Virus record (IMG/VR): IMGVR_UViG_3300029288_000154
Origin: an uncultured virus (IMG/VR IMGVR_UViG_3300029288_000154)
Taxonomy: Duplodnaviria; Heunggongvirae; Uroviricota; Caudoviricetes
DNA length: 64,000 nt
Reading direction: 5' to 3' (one strand)
Within the stretch, counting starts at the first letter, position 1; each line of letters starts with the position of its first letter. A program made the translations under genes and the position numbers. Shown piece by piece: positions 17,390-26,867 of the stretch. Below the pieces are notes generated by a model that made no database searches, was not told where the DNA came from, and saw only the letters and a list, made by a program, of their open reading frames with translations.

Positions 17390-19525
17390 ATGAAAAGCTT
17401 TTCTTCATTTTACAACCAAGACGATTTCACTATTTCTTTACTTGAGAATTTTATAAATGAAGATTATTCGCTGAACTATTTCTTATCAAAAAACAAGAAA
17501 ATCAGACCAACTAAGAATGGTCTTTCAGTAATTCCCAATCTTCCGAGTGACATCAACACCGCTACAAACTTTTCGCCAATTTCAAATTCATTAGAAAATC
17601 CAAAAGATGATGTCGGCGAAGATGTTAAAACATATTTTATTTTGAAGCAAGTTGTCAGAAAACCCAACGGAAAATATGATGTTTCTGGTGGTAAGCTCGC
17701 AGGTGTGTTTGGCTCTGTTGGTGGAAATGGAAATACAAATCTAACAAGAAATCAAATCATATATCGCTATAACAAGAATAAGCTTGAACCGGTTTCGTTG
17801 ATTTTGAAGAACGACGATTCAGGAGAAATGTATGAATTTGTTGGTTCTAAAAGCGTCATGGAAACGGCATTCTTAGGCGAAGAATCTATCGTTGCTAAAA
17901 AAGAAACAAAAGAAAAATTAGCAAAAACATCAAAAGAATCAGAAACAGATTTCGTAAAGAACGTTGTCCTTCATCAAGCAATTTCAAACGATTCGTGGAC
18001 AGATTCACGGCAAGAGGCCATTCAAGCGATAGGTGTTGTTGGTGATTTTGAAGATTTATCAAATCATCTTCTTGAAATTCTTTATGGCCAAGATGACATT
18101 TTTGATGACGTTGATTACGAAGACGTTTACAAAGACTCCCGTTTTAGAAAAATTATCAAACCTATACTTGATGCTTTTAATACAAACGATGCGTCAAAAG
18201 ATATTGAATTTTTCAAAAAAAGTTCAAACAATGAACAGTTTCAAATTCTTGATTGGGTTCAGATTGTTCGTTTGATGCTAGGCGCTTCGATGTTTTCGTC
18301 ACACAAATCAACAATTAAAACTCCCCATCTTATACACGATTCGGTATCTGAGTTTAGAAAATTAGCATCTACAGACGAATCCGATTCGAAAGTTTCGACA
18401 GTTGATATGGTTCTGTCGTCAGTTCCGGCAGGAAAATTGATTTCACTACTGAAGACAAATAATACAAAGGTAAACGAGGACGGGTCGGTTACTGTTGGAG
18501 ACGACCTTGCTAAATTCTACCAGATTTCGTTAAAGAAGACTGTGGACGCCCAACTAGGAAGCGTCAAGTCATTTATTTCGGCAAATTACAAAGCAATGAA
18601 TAAAGAAATGGCTGGTAGAGAAATTGTAAAAGAATCTCTAAACGAGTCGGTTCTAAAGAACATTTCGGACAAATTGAAGGTTGGTGCTGAGAAAATAAAA
18701 GCATTAGGAACAAAGATTTTCAAAAAAGTTTCGGAATTTGTTGCGATGTCTAAGAAATGGTTTTCGTCAATCATTAAAAATATCGAAACCGGAGCCAACA
18801 AGGACAAGAAGAAATATGCCGTTGAATTATTTTCTGGATTACTAACAGAAGCAGAAGAATCCTATTCAGAAATCGTTAGTAAATATAATTCTCTAACAGA
18901 TGACGAAAAAATAGAAGTTTGTAACAAAGCCATCAAAAAAGTAAATTCGGTTTTGAATAAGATTAAGACGAGTATAAATAAAATGCCTAATTGTGGAGCA
19001 AACATTTCGTTGATTGATTCGGTTATTGATGTTGCTCCAAACACTTTTAATTCCCTTGTTGGTAACTACGCAATAGCCAACACAATTGAATCTATTTTGA
19101 CCGAACTGAACGAACCTTCTAAATTGATAAAAGGCATAACAAACATTTTAGCCGAAGCCTTGTTTGGTCGGTCTAAATTTCCAATGTATATCGTTTATGC
19201 TGCCGATGCTGAAATGAATGTGAAAGAACCGGTATTACTAAAACAAAAAGGTGAATTTTCTTCAGATAAAATCTCATTGTTTGAGAAGAATCTAAATGAA
19301 AACATTCCTCTGTTTTATTTCAAAGCAAGAGAAAACACCGCGTCTGTAAACAAACAAAATGTAGGCTCTTACATTCTTAATTTCTACACACTGTCAGATA
19401 TTTCTAAAAAAGATGATTCTTTAAGTTTCTCGGTAATGGAATATAGATGCGATTCTGGAAACGATATAGTTATTAAAGCTACCAGAGAAATAGAAATGGA
19501 AGACTTCTTTGAAAATTACGCTTAA
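17390..19525 (+). CDS. Large probable virion/internal head protein with PD-(D/E)xK-like motif
   Basis: MKSFSSFY...LLE leader; STVDMVLS...YQISLKK; late promoter. Confidence 0.55.
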   Translation: MKSFSSFYNQDDFTISLLENFINEDYSLNYFLSKNKKIRPTKNGLSVIPNLPSDINTATNFSPISNSLENPKDDVGEDVKTYFILKQVVRKPNGKYDVSGGKLAGVFGSVGGNGNTNLTRNQIIYRYNKNKLEPVSLILKNDDSGEMYEFVGSKSVMETAFLGEESIVAKKETKEKLAKTSKESETDFVKNVVLHQAISNDSWTDSRQEAIQAIGVVGDFEDLSNHLLEILYGQDDIFDDVDYEDVYKDSRFRKIIKPILDAFNTNDASKDIEFFKKSSNNEQFQILDWVQIVRLMLGASMFSSHKSTIKTPHLIHDSVSEFRKLASTDESDSKVSTVDMVLSSVPAGKLISLLKTNNTKVNEDGSVTVGDDLAKFYQISLKKTVDAQLGSVKSFISANYKAMNKEMAGREIVKESLNESVLKNISDKLKVGAEKIKALGTKIFKKVSEFVAMSKKWFSSIIKNIETGANKDKKKYAVELFSGLLTEAEESYSEIVSKYNSLTDDEKIEVCNKAIKKVNSVLNKIKTSINKMPNCGANISLIDSVIDVAPNTFNSLVGNYAIANTIESILTELNEPSKLIKGITNILAEALFGRSKFPMYIVYAADAEMNVKEPVLLKQKGEFSSDKISLFEKNLNENIPLFYFKARENTASVNKQNVGSYILNFYTLSDISKKDDSLSFSVMEYRCDSGNDIVIKATREIEMEDFFENYA

Positions 19526-19733
19526 GTTTGAAGATAAATTAAATCATTCAATGTGGTTTCTTAGTTCTCCCAATCAACACATTCTATCTTTCTTTTTTAA
19601 CAAGAATAACCTTTTTGTTAGCTTCTTCGGATATTGTAATGGGTTCTCGGTTACTTCATTTATAAATTCTATTAGAGATATTCGTAAGTTTACAAAAATA
19701 ACAAAAAACACAAAAACTTTGCTTGACAAATAA
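19509..19733 (+). CDS. Small MKI-family protein
   Basis: TTG start, KITLKF...RDIRKF. Confidence 0.5.
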   Translation: MKITLKFEDKLNHSMWFLSSPNQHILSFFFNKNNLFVSFFGYCNGFSVTSFINSIRDIRKFTKITKNTKTLLDK

Positions 19734-19751
19734 TTTTCCAAAGCGTAATAT
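19723..19751 (+). promoter_or_regulatory. sigma70-type promoter
   Basis: TTGACA-17-TAATAT upstream of dNMP kinase. Confidence 0.75.
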
Positions 19752-19767
19752 AAAGTTATAGGAGATA

Positions 19768-20418
19768 TTGATGAAAACCGTTATTCTTGTTTCGGGAAAG
19801 CTTCAGAGTGGTAAAAATTTATTCACAGATTTGTGTATGGAAAATTTAAAAGAAAAATATTCCGTCTCATATGATTATTTTGCGAAAGAATTGAAAAATA
19901 GATGTAAAGAAGATTTCTCAACATTTGTTCACTTCATAAATAAAATTTCTGAACATTTGCCGGAAGATATTAAAGATTCAATACACACTAATGATGAAAA
20001 TTGGTATGAAAATAAAAATCAATTAACTCGTCTTCTATTACAACTCTACGGAACTGAAATTTTCAGAAATCGCGTAGATGTAAATTATTGGGCACATCAA
20101 TTAGTTAAAAATGTGAAAAAATCTAATTCTGAAATTGTCTTCATCACAGATGTTCGTTTTCCATCAGAAATAGAAGCTCTAAAAGGGTTTGGGTTTAATC
20201 TAATAACTGTGAGAATCAACCGAACAATCACAAGAGAAGAAGAATTCAATCAACACGAATCCGAACTTGCTTTGGATAATTACAAGAAGTTTAACCATGT
20301 GATTGAGAACAACGGAACTTTGGACGAACTAAAAGAAAAAGCGAGGTTGTTCTCTGAAACAATCATATCTCAAATTGAAACAACCAATAATCAGATAACA
20401 ATGGATTTCGGTATCTGA
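19768..20418 (+). CDS. Deoxynucleoside monophosphate kinase (T4 gp1-like)
   Basis: SGKLQSGK, FAKELK, RLLLQLYGTE, ITDVRFPSE, HESE. Confidence 0.9.
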   Translation: MMKTVILVSGKLQSGKNLFTDLCMENLKEKYSVSYDYFAKELKNRCKEDFSTFVHFINKISEHLPEDIKDSIHTNDENWYENKNQLTRLLLQLYGTEIFRNRVDVNYWAHQLVKNVKKSNSEIVFITDVRFPSEIEALKGFGFNLITVRINRTITREEEFNQHESELALDNYKKFNHVIENNGTLDELKEKARLFSETIISQIETTNNQITMDFGI

Positions 20419-20423
20419 TAGAA

Positions 20424-20440
20424 TTGGCACGTTCCTTGCT
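20424..20440 (+). promoter_or_regulatory. sigma54 (-24/-12) promoter
   Basis: TTGGCACGTTCCTTGCT matches TGGCAC-N5-TTGC consensus, 44 nt upstream of hsp20. Confidence 0.8.
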
Positions 20441-20484
20441 AATATAGATGGTCGGCAACAGCCATTATTTAACAAGGAGAAAAT

Positions 20485-20811
20485 ATGTTTAGTGTTTTTG
20501 ATTATTTTGATTCGTTTGATATTTACAATTCGGATAATGGATACAAAACCGAAACAACCGAAAATGAACTAAAATTGTTTGTTTATCTTGCGGGAGTTAA
20601 GAAAGAAGATATTGGAATTTCTGTTTCTAACAATGAACTGACAATCGACGCTAAGAATCGGGTTGGATACAAAGATTGGAAACTGAAGAAATTATGGAAG
20701 CTTTCGGGAATCAATACAGAAAGCATCTCGTCAAGTTACGAAAATGGAGTTTTGGTTGTTAATTTGCCAAAGAAAAATTCAGAGAATGTTAGAAAAATAG
20801 TTGTTGCTTAG
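20485..20811 (+). CDS. hsp20: Small heat shock protein Hsp20/alpha-crystallin
   Basis: LAGVKKEDI.I....NELTI and SSSYENGVLVVNLPK...RKI. Confidence 0.9.
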   Translation: MFSVFDYFDSFDIYNSDNGYKTETTENELKLFVYLAGVKKEDIGISVSNNELTIDAKNRVGYKDWKLKKLWKLSGINTESISSSYENGVLVVNLPKKNSENVRKIVVA

Positions 20812-21271
20812 TAAAAAAGAAAAGCGTATATTAAATCCTGCGAAGTGCGTCCTGCCTTTGTGGGATTTTTTGTTTTGGAAAAAGAGGTTGTTGTGGCGTT
20901 TGTTTTCAAAAAAAACGGAAATAGAACAAATACATGATGGTTATAATGGACATTTGAAAATTCATTTGTTTTTCGACCCTATGGAATTCACAACCAAAAT
21001 CAACAAAAAAATTACAGATACTTATACAGAATGTTTCGGCAGAAGAATGTTATATGAAATGAAGCGTGTTGGAAAATTGTATTCGCTTTGTTTTGAATGT
21101 TATCATGACTTTGACCCATTTTTTCAAGTGTCTGAAATTAAAAATTACATAAAAGAACTTCATCTTATTTCCGAGAATCAAGCAAAGGCTTTGCTGAATA
21201 TAAAATCCGATGATGTTTTGATTAGATTTATTTCAATGTTGGTTGTTCAGATAAACGAGGTTGGAATTTGA
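20801..21271 (+). CDS. Hypothetical protein with C-terminal HEAT-like motif (true start probably near 20890-20900)
   Basis: ALLNIKSDDVLIRFISMLVV; 5' part overlaps terminator. Confidence 0.55.
   Translation: MLLSKKEKRILNPAKCVLPLWDFLFWKKRLLWRLFSKKTEIEQIHDGYNGHLKIHLFFDPMEFTTKINKKITDTYTECFGRRMLYEMKRVGKLYSLCFECYHDFDPFFQVSEIKNYIKELHLISENQAKALLNIKSDDVLIRFISMLVVQINEVGI
20833..20873 (+). terminator. Probable intrinsic terminator after hsp20
   Basis: AAATCCTGCGAAG...CTTTGTGGGATTT followed by T run. Confidence 0.5.
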
Positions 21272-21498
21272 AAATTACAACGAAGATAGTTAACGATTAT
21301 CAATTGCGAGAACATTATCTGATTTTAGGGACACATACTCCGGATTTCTATTTTCAATATAATGGCAAAATTACTACACGTTATTTGTATCGGGATTATT
21401 TTTTAACAACTAAAGATTTGCGAAGCTTTACAAAACAAGTAGTTGAGATAGAAAAATTGAGAATGCCACTAACAAAACAGTTTAGGAAACCGAAATAA
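21268..21498 (+). CDS. Small MKI-family protein
   Basis: TTG start, KITTKI...KDLRSF. Confidence 0.6.
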   Translation: MKITTKIVNDYQLREHYLILGTHTPDFYFQYNGKITTRYLYRDYFLTTKDLRSFTKQVVEIEKLRMPLTKQFRKPK

Positions 21499-21770
21499 TG
21501 AAAATAGAACTAACAATGTTGTCGTGGGATAGTAATGATACTGATATATTTTTTGGCGGGAGGTGGAAATCAACAGAATCTGAAACCCATAAGTATCAAT
21601 TATATTCTGTTAACTTACAAAAAGATAGAATGTCGTTTCAAGGTATTGGCGCGTTACAAGAATCTTACAAGATAACAACTACCGGGAAATTTTACAGAAC
21701 CTTTGGTAAAATAATTCAAAAGATAGAATTGTTGAATAAAGAAGTAAACAAAACATTGGATGAATTATAA
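21498..21770 (+). CDS. Small MKI-family protein
   Basis: MKIELTM; TAATG coupling. Confidence 0.6.
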   Translation: MKIELTMLSWDSNDTDIFFGGRWKSTESETHKYQLYSVNLQKDRMSFQGIGALQESYKITTTGKFYRTFGKIIQKIELLNKEVNKTLDEL

Positions 21771-22028
21771 TGAAAATTGGAATAACTATAAAAAAAGATG
21801 TTTTAACTATAGAAAAAGATGTTTATGCTATTGCTGATGGTTGTTATCAAATAGTGTTTGATAATGGGGGTCTTGCCACATATTTATATCTCTGAAACAC
21901 GGGTTTGGTTCTCAATTGATATTCATCATAATGTTAACAAATATTCAAAGTTAAGAAAACTAACATATATGATAAAAAAATTAAATCAAACTTGTTCAGA
22001 AAGTTACAAAATGTTTAAGGAACCATAG
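21770..22028 (+). pseudogene. Frameshifted MKI-family gene
   Basis: MKIGITI... stops at 21895; removing one G from GGGGG (21866-21870) restores frame to YSKLRKL...KEP. Confidence 0.55.
21783..21824 (+). repeat. 21-nt tandem duplication, one mismatch
   Basis: TAACTATAAAAAAAGATGTTT / TAACTATAGAAAAAGATGTTT. Confidence 0.8.
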
Positions 22029-22262
22029 ATGAAAATCAAAATGTCGGTTGATACAATAGATATTGAATATAATGTATATTTTGATTTTGGAGTATTTGTT
22101 TCGGTAAACACAAACGGAATAATATTTGTAATAGGCGACAATCCTCGAAATGGTTATTCATATATTCCGGATTTCAAAAACATTGGATATCGTTCGATAA
22201 GAAAATATGGAAGGAAATTAAATGAAAATCGTAGAAATGAGTTACGAAATCCCTGGAGTTGA
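22029..22262 (+). CDS. Small MKI-family protein
   Basis: MKIKMSV...YRSIRKY. Confidence 0.6.
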   Translation: MKIKMSVDTIDIEYNVYFDFGVFVSVNTNGIIFVIGDNPRNGYSYIPDFKNIGYRSIRKYGRKLNENRRNELRNPWS

Positions 22263-22641
22263 TTCGAAACTCTTGGAGATTTTAGATGATAAAACATTAG
22301 AGTTCCTTCAAGGTTTTTATAACTTCAAAAGGGAAATGTTTTTGAATATTCGTATAAGAAATCCAAAGAAAAATACAACAGATTTGATTCTTACGAACGA
22401 GATTGCGAAAGTCCCCGGTGGAAGAATTTACTTAGAAAATATAGATTCTTTTGGAACAGATACGAAAAATTACAAGTTCAAACTGATGGCTTCGAATGTA
22501 GTTTTTCAAAAGATTGTTGAATTGAAAACAATTAACGGTAATTTCGGAAAGATTGCTATGAGTTTGGTTAGTTCTGATTATTATGAATGCGTTGTTGCTA
22601 AGATAATTTATAATTTAATGGAATATTTTGATGAAAATTAA
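22222..22641 (+). CDS. Hypothetical protein with C-terminal HEAT-like motif
   Basis: IAMSLVSSDYYECVVAKII. Confidence 0.55.
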   Translation: MKIVEMSYEIPGVDSKLLEILDDKTLEFLQGFYNFKREMFLNIRIRNPKKNTTDLILTNEIAKVPGGRIYLENIDSFGTDTKNYKFKLMASNVVFQKIVELKTINGNFGKIAMSLVSSDYYECVVAKIIYNLMEYFDEN

Positions 22642-22840
22642 AAGCGGCTTCAGTGATTTTGGTAATATATTTGGTTTTTATTTTGGCGATAGTGTTGGTG
22701 TCATTTTCTACAAGGATACTGGCGCTATTCGCTTGTTTTTGAAATATATAGATGTTAATGGAAACGAATCAGCCACACATGATTATTGCTGTTGCTGTTT
22801 AATATTCGCCAAAAGAATGAAATATAACTATGAAAATTGA
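22631..22840 (+). CDS. Small MKI-family protein
   Basis: MKIKSGF...AKRMKYNYEN. Confidence 0.6.
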   Translation: MKIKSGFSDFGNIFGFYFGDSVGVIFYKDTGAIRLFLKYIDVNGNESATHDYCCCCLIFAKRMKYNYEN

Positions 22841-23126
22841 AACCGAAGTAACTCATCTAATAAAAGTATTTCGTCAGATAAATAAAAAACACGACGTTTA
22901 TGTTGTTAATCAGATATTGAACAACAAAATACTAATGGAACTCACATTAACAAATAGTGGATTGATTCTTATAAAAAGAGAACCGATTCCTTTTATAACG
23001 GAAAATCCAAAACCATTACGATTAAAAAATTGGAGATTCTTGCGGAAACATACAAAGATTGAAAGAATGAGAAAAGAAATAAGACAAATTTGCAGAGAAA
23101 TCTATGACCCATATAAACTTCCATAA
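22830..23126 (+). CDS. Small MKI-family protein
   Basis: MKIETEV...WRFLRKH. Confidence 0.6.
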   Translation: MKIETEVTHLIKVFRQINKKHDVYVVNQILNNKILMELTLTNSGLILIKREPIPFITENPKPLRLKNWRFLRKHTKIERMRKEIRQICREIYDPYKLP

Positions 23127-23517
23127 AATCTATCTCGCCGGACCATTATTCACGAAACCTGAACAAGATTGGAACGAAGCCTTATCTAAGAAGTTAAATA
23201 AGATTGGTTGCGAAACCTTTCTACCTCAAGTGGAATGTAAACGTAAAAGTCAATTAGAAATCTTTCAAACACGTATTTCGGGAATAGATTCTTGTGATTT
23301 GATTCTTGCTAATGTTGATGGAACCGATGCTGATTCTGGAACATGTTTTGAACTTGGTTATGCTTATGGAAAACAAAAGAAAATCATTCTCTACCGAACA
23401 GATTTTAGAAAATGTGGAGATGATGGGTTTACAAATTTGATGCTTAGTAAATCAACAAATGTTTTTCTGATTGTCAAAGATGCGGATGAACTTGTAAATA
23501 AGGTTTTCTGCTTGTGA
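23104..23517 (+). CDS. Nucleoside 2-deoxyribosyltransferase / N-deoxyribosylhydrolase
   Basis: IYLAGPLF, FLPQ, DGTDADSGTCFELGYAY, NLML. Confidence 0.9.
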   Translation: MTHINFHKIYLAGPLFTKPEQDWNEALSKKLNKIGCETFLPQVECKRKSQLEIFQTRISGIDSCDLILANVDGTDADSGTCFELGYAYGKQKKIILYRTDFRKCGDDGFTNLMLSKSTNVFLIVKDADELVNKVFCL

Positions 23518-23738
23518 AAATCAGAACAGAGATGACTGAAAATTACATTCAATTTTCGCCAAAAGGTTATAGTGGTCCGATTTCCAAGATAACGGTGTTG
23601 TATTTTCGTGGATGTTATCCAATTTCATATAGTAGCCCGTTTGACTTTTCATATATTATAATTTTTGATACATATAAAAAGCTAAGATATTTACAAAAGA
23701 TAAAAGAATATAAAAAACTAATATTTGGCGATATATGA
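23514..23738 (+). CDS. Small MKI-family protein
   Basis: GTG start, KIRTEM...YKKLRYL. Confidence 0.6.
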   Translation: MKIRTEMTENYIQFSPKGYSGPISKITVLYFRGCYPISYSSPFDFSYIIIFDTYKKLRYLQKIKEYKKLIFGDI

Positions 23739-23926
23739 AAATAAAAACAATTATAACAGGAAATAGAATTAAGTTTACTAGCGTTTATGATATTCATTTC
23801 TGTGTTGATATCACGAACAGAGATATGAGTATTTTGTTTGATTATACAACAAGCCTTCGTAATACTTTTGAAAATGGTTATAAAAAATTACGGAAGCTTA
23901 AACTAAATAAAACGATTTGTGGATAA
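23735..23926 (+). CDS. Small MKI-family protein
   Basis: MKIKTII...YKKLRKL. Confidence 0.6.
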   Translation: MKIKTIITGNRIKFTSVYDIHFCVDITNRDMSILFDYTTSLRNTFENGYKKLRKLKLNKTICG

Positions 23927-23933
23927 AAATAAT

Positions 23934-24137
23934 ATGAAGATTTGTACAAAGATAACCAGACCATTTATGTAATTTTCATATGAGTTATCTATATATTTTC
24001 CATACTATGTTCCTGCATTTTCACCAGAACCTCCTATTTTGTTCGCTTATGAATATGTAATATACGATTTGTCGGAAAGTTACAAACCATTAAGAAAAAT
24101 TCAATTTCGTAATAAATGGTTAGAAAGCTTGAAATGA
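23934..24137 (+). pseudogene. MKI-family gene with in-frame TAA
   Basis: MKICTKITRPFM-stop(23970)-FSYEL...YKPLRKI in the same frame. Confidence 0.55.
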
Positions 24138-24322
24138 AAATAGAACTCCATCTCAAAATTATTCCTAGAAAATGGAATTATTTTATATTTTATTTAGGAA
24201 AAACGCAGGTTAAACATTACGATATAAACGATGTTGTTGTTTATAGAAATGGGAAATTTTATACCTGTTACGATTCACCTAAACATATACGGAGGAGGTA
24301 TTTTTGTGAAACTACAAACTAA
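24134..24322 (+). CDS. Small MKI-family protein
   Basis: MKIELHL...PKHIRRR. Confidence 0.6.
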   Translation: MKIELHLKIIPRKWNYFIFYLGKTQVKHYDINDVVVYRNGKFYTCYDSPKHIRRRYFCETTN

Positions 24323-24518
24323 AATTCACAATTCAAAAATCTATGGTTATACATTTCAAGATATAACGTTCAAATATGTTTGTATCTATTTTGAAAATGG
24401 TCGAAGAGATGAATTTTCATTTAATATGGGGCGCTATCCAAAATTAGAATACGAAGGACCAAAAGAACTAAGAAACTTTTTGAGATTGTTAAGACAAACT
24501 ACAGAGGAATTAAAATGA
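24306..24518 (+). CDS. Small MKI-family protein
   Basis: GTG start, KLQTKI...PKELRNF. Confidence 0.6.
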   Translation: MKLQTKIHNSKIYGYTFQDITFKYVCIYFENGRRDEFSFNMGRYPKLEYEGPKELRNFLRLLRQTTEELK

Positions 24519-25401
24519 ACAAAGAAGAAACACAATATTTAGAGTTGATAAAAGAAATAATCGAAACGGGCTACGACCAATCTGACAGAACTGGTGTTGG
24601 AACAAAAACACTTGTAGGAACGCAGATGAAGTTTGATTTAAGAAACGATAAACTTCCAGTGATGACAACAAGAAGAACATTTTTCCGTGGAGCCGTTGAA
24701 GAACTTTTGTGGATTCTTAGAGGCGAAACAGATATCACTTCTATGAAAAACAACAACATTCACATTTGGGATGGAAACACGACAAAAGAATTTCTCAAGA
24801 ACCGAGGATTGGAAAACACGGTTCCGGAAAATTCAATCGGAACTCTTTATGGATTCCAAGTTAGAAATTGGAATGGTGATTGGATTGAATGGCGTGATAA
24901 CAACAAGAGAACCGGAATAGACCAATTACAGAAAGTTGTGAATCTTCTCAAGGATTACCCCGAAAGTCGCCGTATATTGATTTCAAATTATAATGTGGGT
25001 CAAACATCTACGGTGTTCTTGAACCATGCCACACTCTATATTCTTTTAATGTTGATTGGAATAGAAAAGAAATCCATTCGTTGCTTTGGATGCGTTCTTC
25101 GGATATGTTATGTGGTGTTCCTCTTAATATTATTCATATTAGTTTGCTAACTCGCATCTTTGCTAAAATGCTTGGATATAAAGCAGGAACGTTTACATTC
25201 CAAGCCGCGAATACGCATGTTTACAAGAACCATATTCAAGATGCTCTTATTCAAATTGAAAGAGAACCGTATGAATTTCCTACGGTAGAAATTAAAAAAG
25301 AAATCAAAACCATAGAGGATATTGAGAATTTGAAATTCGAAGATTTTGTTTTGAATGACTATAAATGTCACTCTCCTATTAAATATGAAATGGCGGTTTG
25401 A
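24515..25401 (+). pseudogene. thyA: Thymidylate synthase split by a 1-nt frameshift near 25010 (real or sequencing error)
   Basis: DRTGVGT, EELLW, IWD.N, YGFQVR, SRRI in first frame; GVLEPCH, MRSSD, PLN, HVY.NH, MAV in second frame. Confidence 0.9.
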
Positions 25402-25403
25402 GA

Positions 25404-25657
25404 ATGAAACTAGAATGGAAATGTGTTTTGGATGATGATTTTTCTATTTCAAAATAACAAACGAACATTATACATATGTTGTTGGTAATGAGAGAACGGC
25501 CAAAGACAATCGGTTGTCGGTTGTCACCATGAACTACAGACAAAAATTTACATATTCTCAAAATGTTAATTTGAGAAATATTGTAAAAATAGAGTTGTTG
25601 CGAAATAAATTACAAATACTGGTTGAAGAAAATAAAATATCCGTAGATATTGACTAA
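25404..25657 (+). pseudogene. Frameshifted MKI-family gene
   Basis: MKLEWKC...; adding one T to T5 at 25439-25443 restores frame to NVNLRNI...VDID. Confidence 0.55.
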
Positions 25658-25659
25658 GT

Positions 25660-25881
25660 ATGAAAATTGAATTAAAGATTTATACAGATGAATTTGAAAG
25701 ATTCTACGCGGTTTCAACTTCCGAACCAATAGTTTATTGTTTTGATTCTGTAACCGGGACTGTTTATATGTCGTATAGTAACCAATTCTTTAATTTCGCT
25801 AACTCAAACATAAGAAAAATAATAAAATATAATATTTCATTTCAAAAATCCGTTAAATTATTAGCAAGCATATCAAAATGA
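25660..25881 (+). CDS. Small MKI-family protein
   Basis: MKIELKI...SNIRKI. Confidence 0.6.
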   Translation: MKIELKIYTDEFERFYAVSTSEPIVYCFDSVTGTVYMSYSNQFFNFANSNIRKIIKYNISFQKSVKLLASISK

Positions 25882-26135
25882 AAATATTCTGGAAATTTTA
25901 CAAACTAGGACCACATAATTACTTTCGCATAAACCCCAAAAAGTATGCATATGTTATTACCGATAAAGAAGAGAATGAACGAAAGATAATATCGTCAGCG
26001 TCGGGTGAAAAATTAATTATAAAATATCCAATAACTTTGAATATACGCAAGTTAGTATTTCTCGAAAAAGAAAGAACAGATTTATTCCGCAAATTTTCTA
26101 ATAATAAAGTTATATTGGAAAAATATCATTATTAA
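25878..26135 (+). CDS. Small MKI-family protein
   Basis: MKIFWKF...LNIRKL. Confidence 0.6.
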   Translation: MKIFWKFYKLGPHNYFRINPKKYAYVITDKEENERKIISSASGEKLIIKYPITLNIRKLVFLEKERTDLFRKFSNNKVILEKYHY

Positions 26136-26151
26136 AATAGAAAGAACAAAA

Positions 26152-26391
26152 ATGAAAATAGTGTGGAGAATTGAAAAAATAAACTCGCAAAATATTAGAT
26201 TCCACTGGTCGGGATATTTGAATTATTTATTTATATATGATATTCTTGGAAAATATTTTTACTTTAATGATATAGACAAAGTTTCAAGAAAAATGGTCAA
26301 CATATTAAATTACAGAAAACTGATAAAACTTTGTATAGCTCATAAAAAGATATTGAATAATTTTAGATATAATAATATTTGTAAATTCTAA
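26152..26391 (+). CDS. Small MKI-family protein
   Basis: MKIVWRI...LNYRKL. Confidence 0.6.
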   Translation: MKIVWRIEKINSQNIRFHWSGYLNYLFIYDILGKYFYFNDIDKVSRKMVNILNYRKLIKLCIAHKKILNNFRYNNICKF

Positions 26392-26399
26392 ATATTTTC

Positions 26400-26621
26400 A
26401 TGGGAACGTTACGTAATTTTATTTATCGAATTAAACTATTTTTCATTAAAAAGAAACCACATAAAATTGAAATTAAAATAAAACAATACGACCTTTATTA
26501 TGACACTTGTGTATCTTTTCAATCAAGAGAAACAGGAATCAAAACAACAAAAATTTTAAGGTTTGTTTCTCATAGATATCATAAAATGCTAATGAGATAT
26601 AAATACAAATTCTATCAATAG
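26400..26621 (+). CDS. MKI-family protein with amphipathic N-terminal extension
   Basis: LRNFIYRIKLFF then KIEIKI...KILRF; TAAATA 5 nt before ATG. Confidence 0.55.
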   Translation: MGTLRNFIYRIKLFFIKKKPHKIEIKIKQYDLYYDTCVSFQSRETGIKTTKILRFVSHRYHKMLMRYKYKFYQ

Positions 26622-26633
26622 AACGAAGGTAAT

Positions 26634-26867
26634 ATGAAAATTCAATGGACGATTTTTAACAAAGACGGATATGTTTATTTTAATTATTGTTCATGTGTCA
26701 GGTATGTTTTTTATTACAATTACAATAACGATACCTATAGAATTAAAGACGCCTATACGAATTACAAAATAAAAATCAACAATATCAATTACAGAAAACT
26801 TCAGAAAACCGTAAGAAAAATAAAATCATTAAACGATGAAATGAAAAATAATGGATTTTATATTTAG
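26634..26867 (+). CDS. Small MKI-family protein
   Basis: MKIQWTI...INYRKL. Confidence 0.6.
   Translation: MKIQWTIFNKDGYVYFNYCSCVRYVFYYNYNNDTYRIKDAYTNYKIKINNINYRKLQKTVRKIKSLNDEMKNNGFYI

Noticed and set aside
24515..25401. Group I intron or intein in thyA
   Set aside because: The halves are contiguous with one base missing and no inserted sequence
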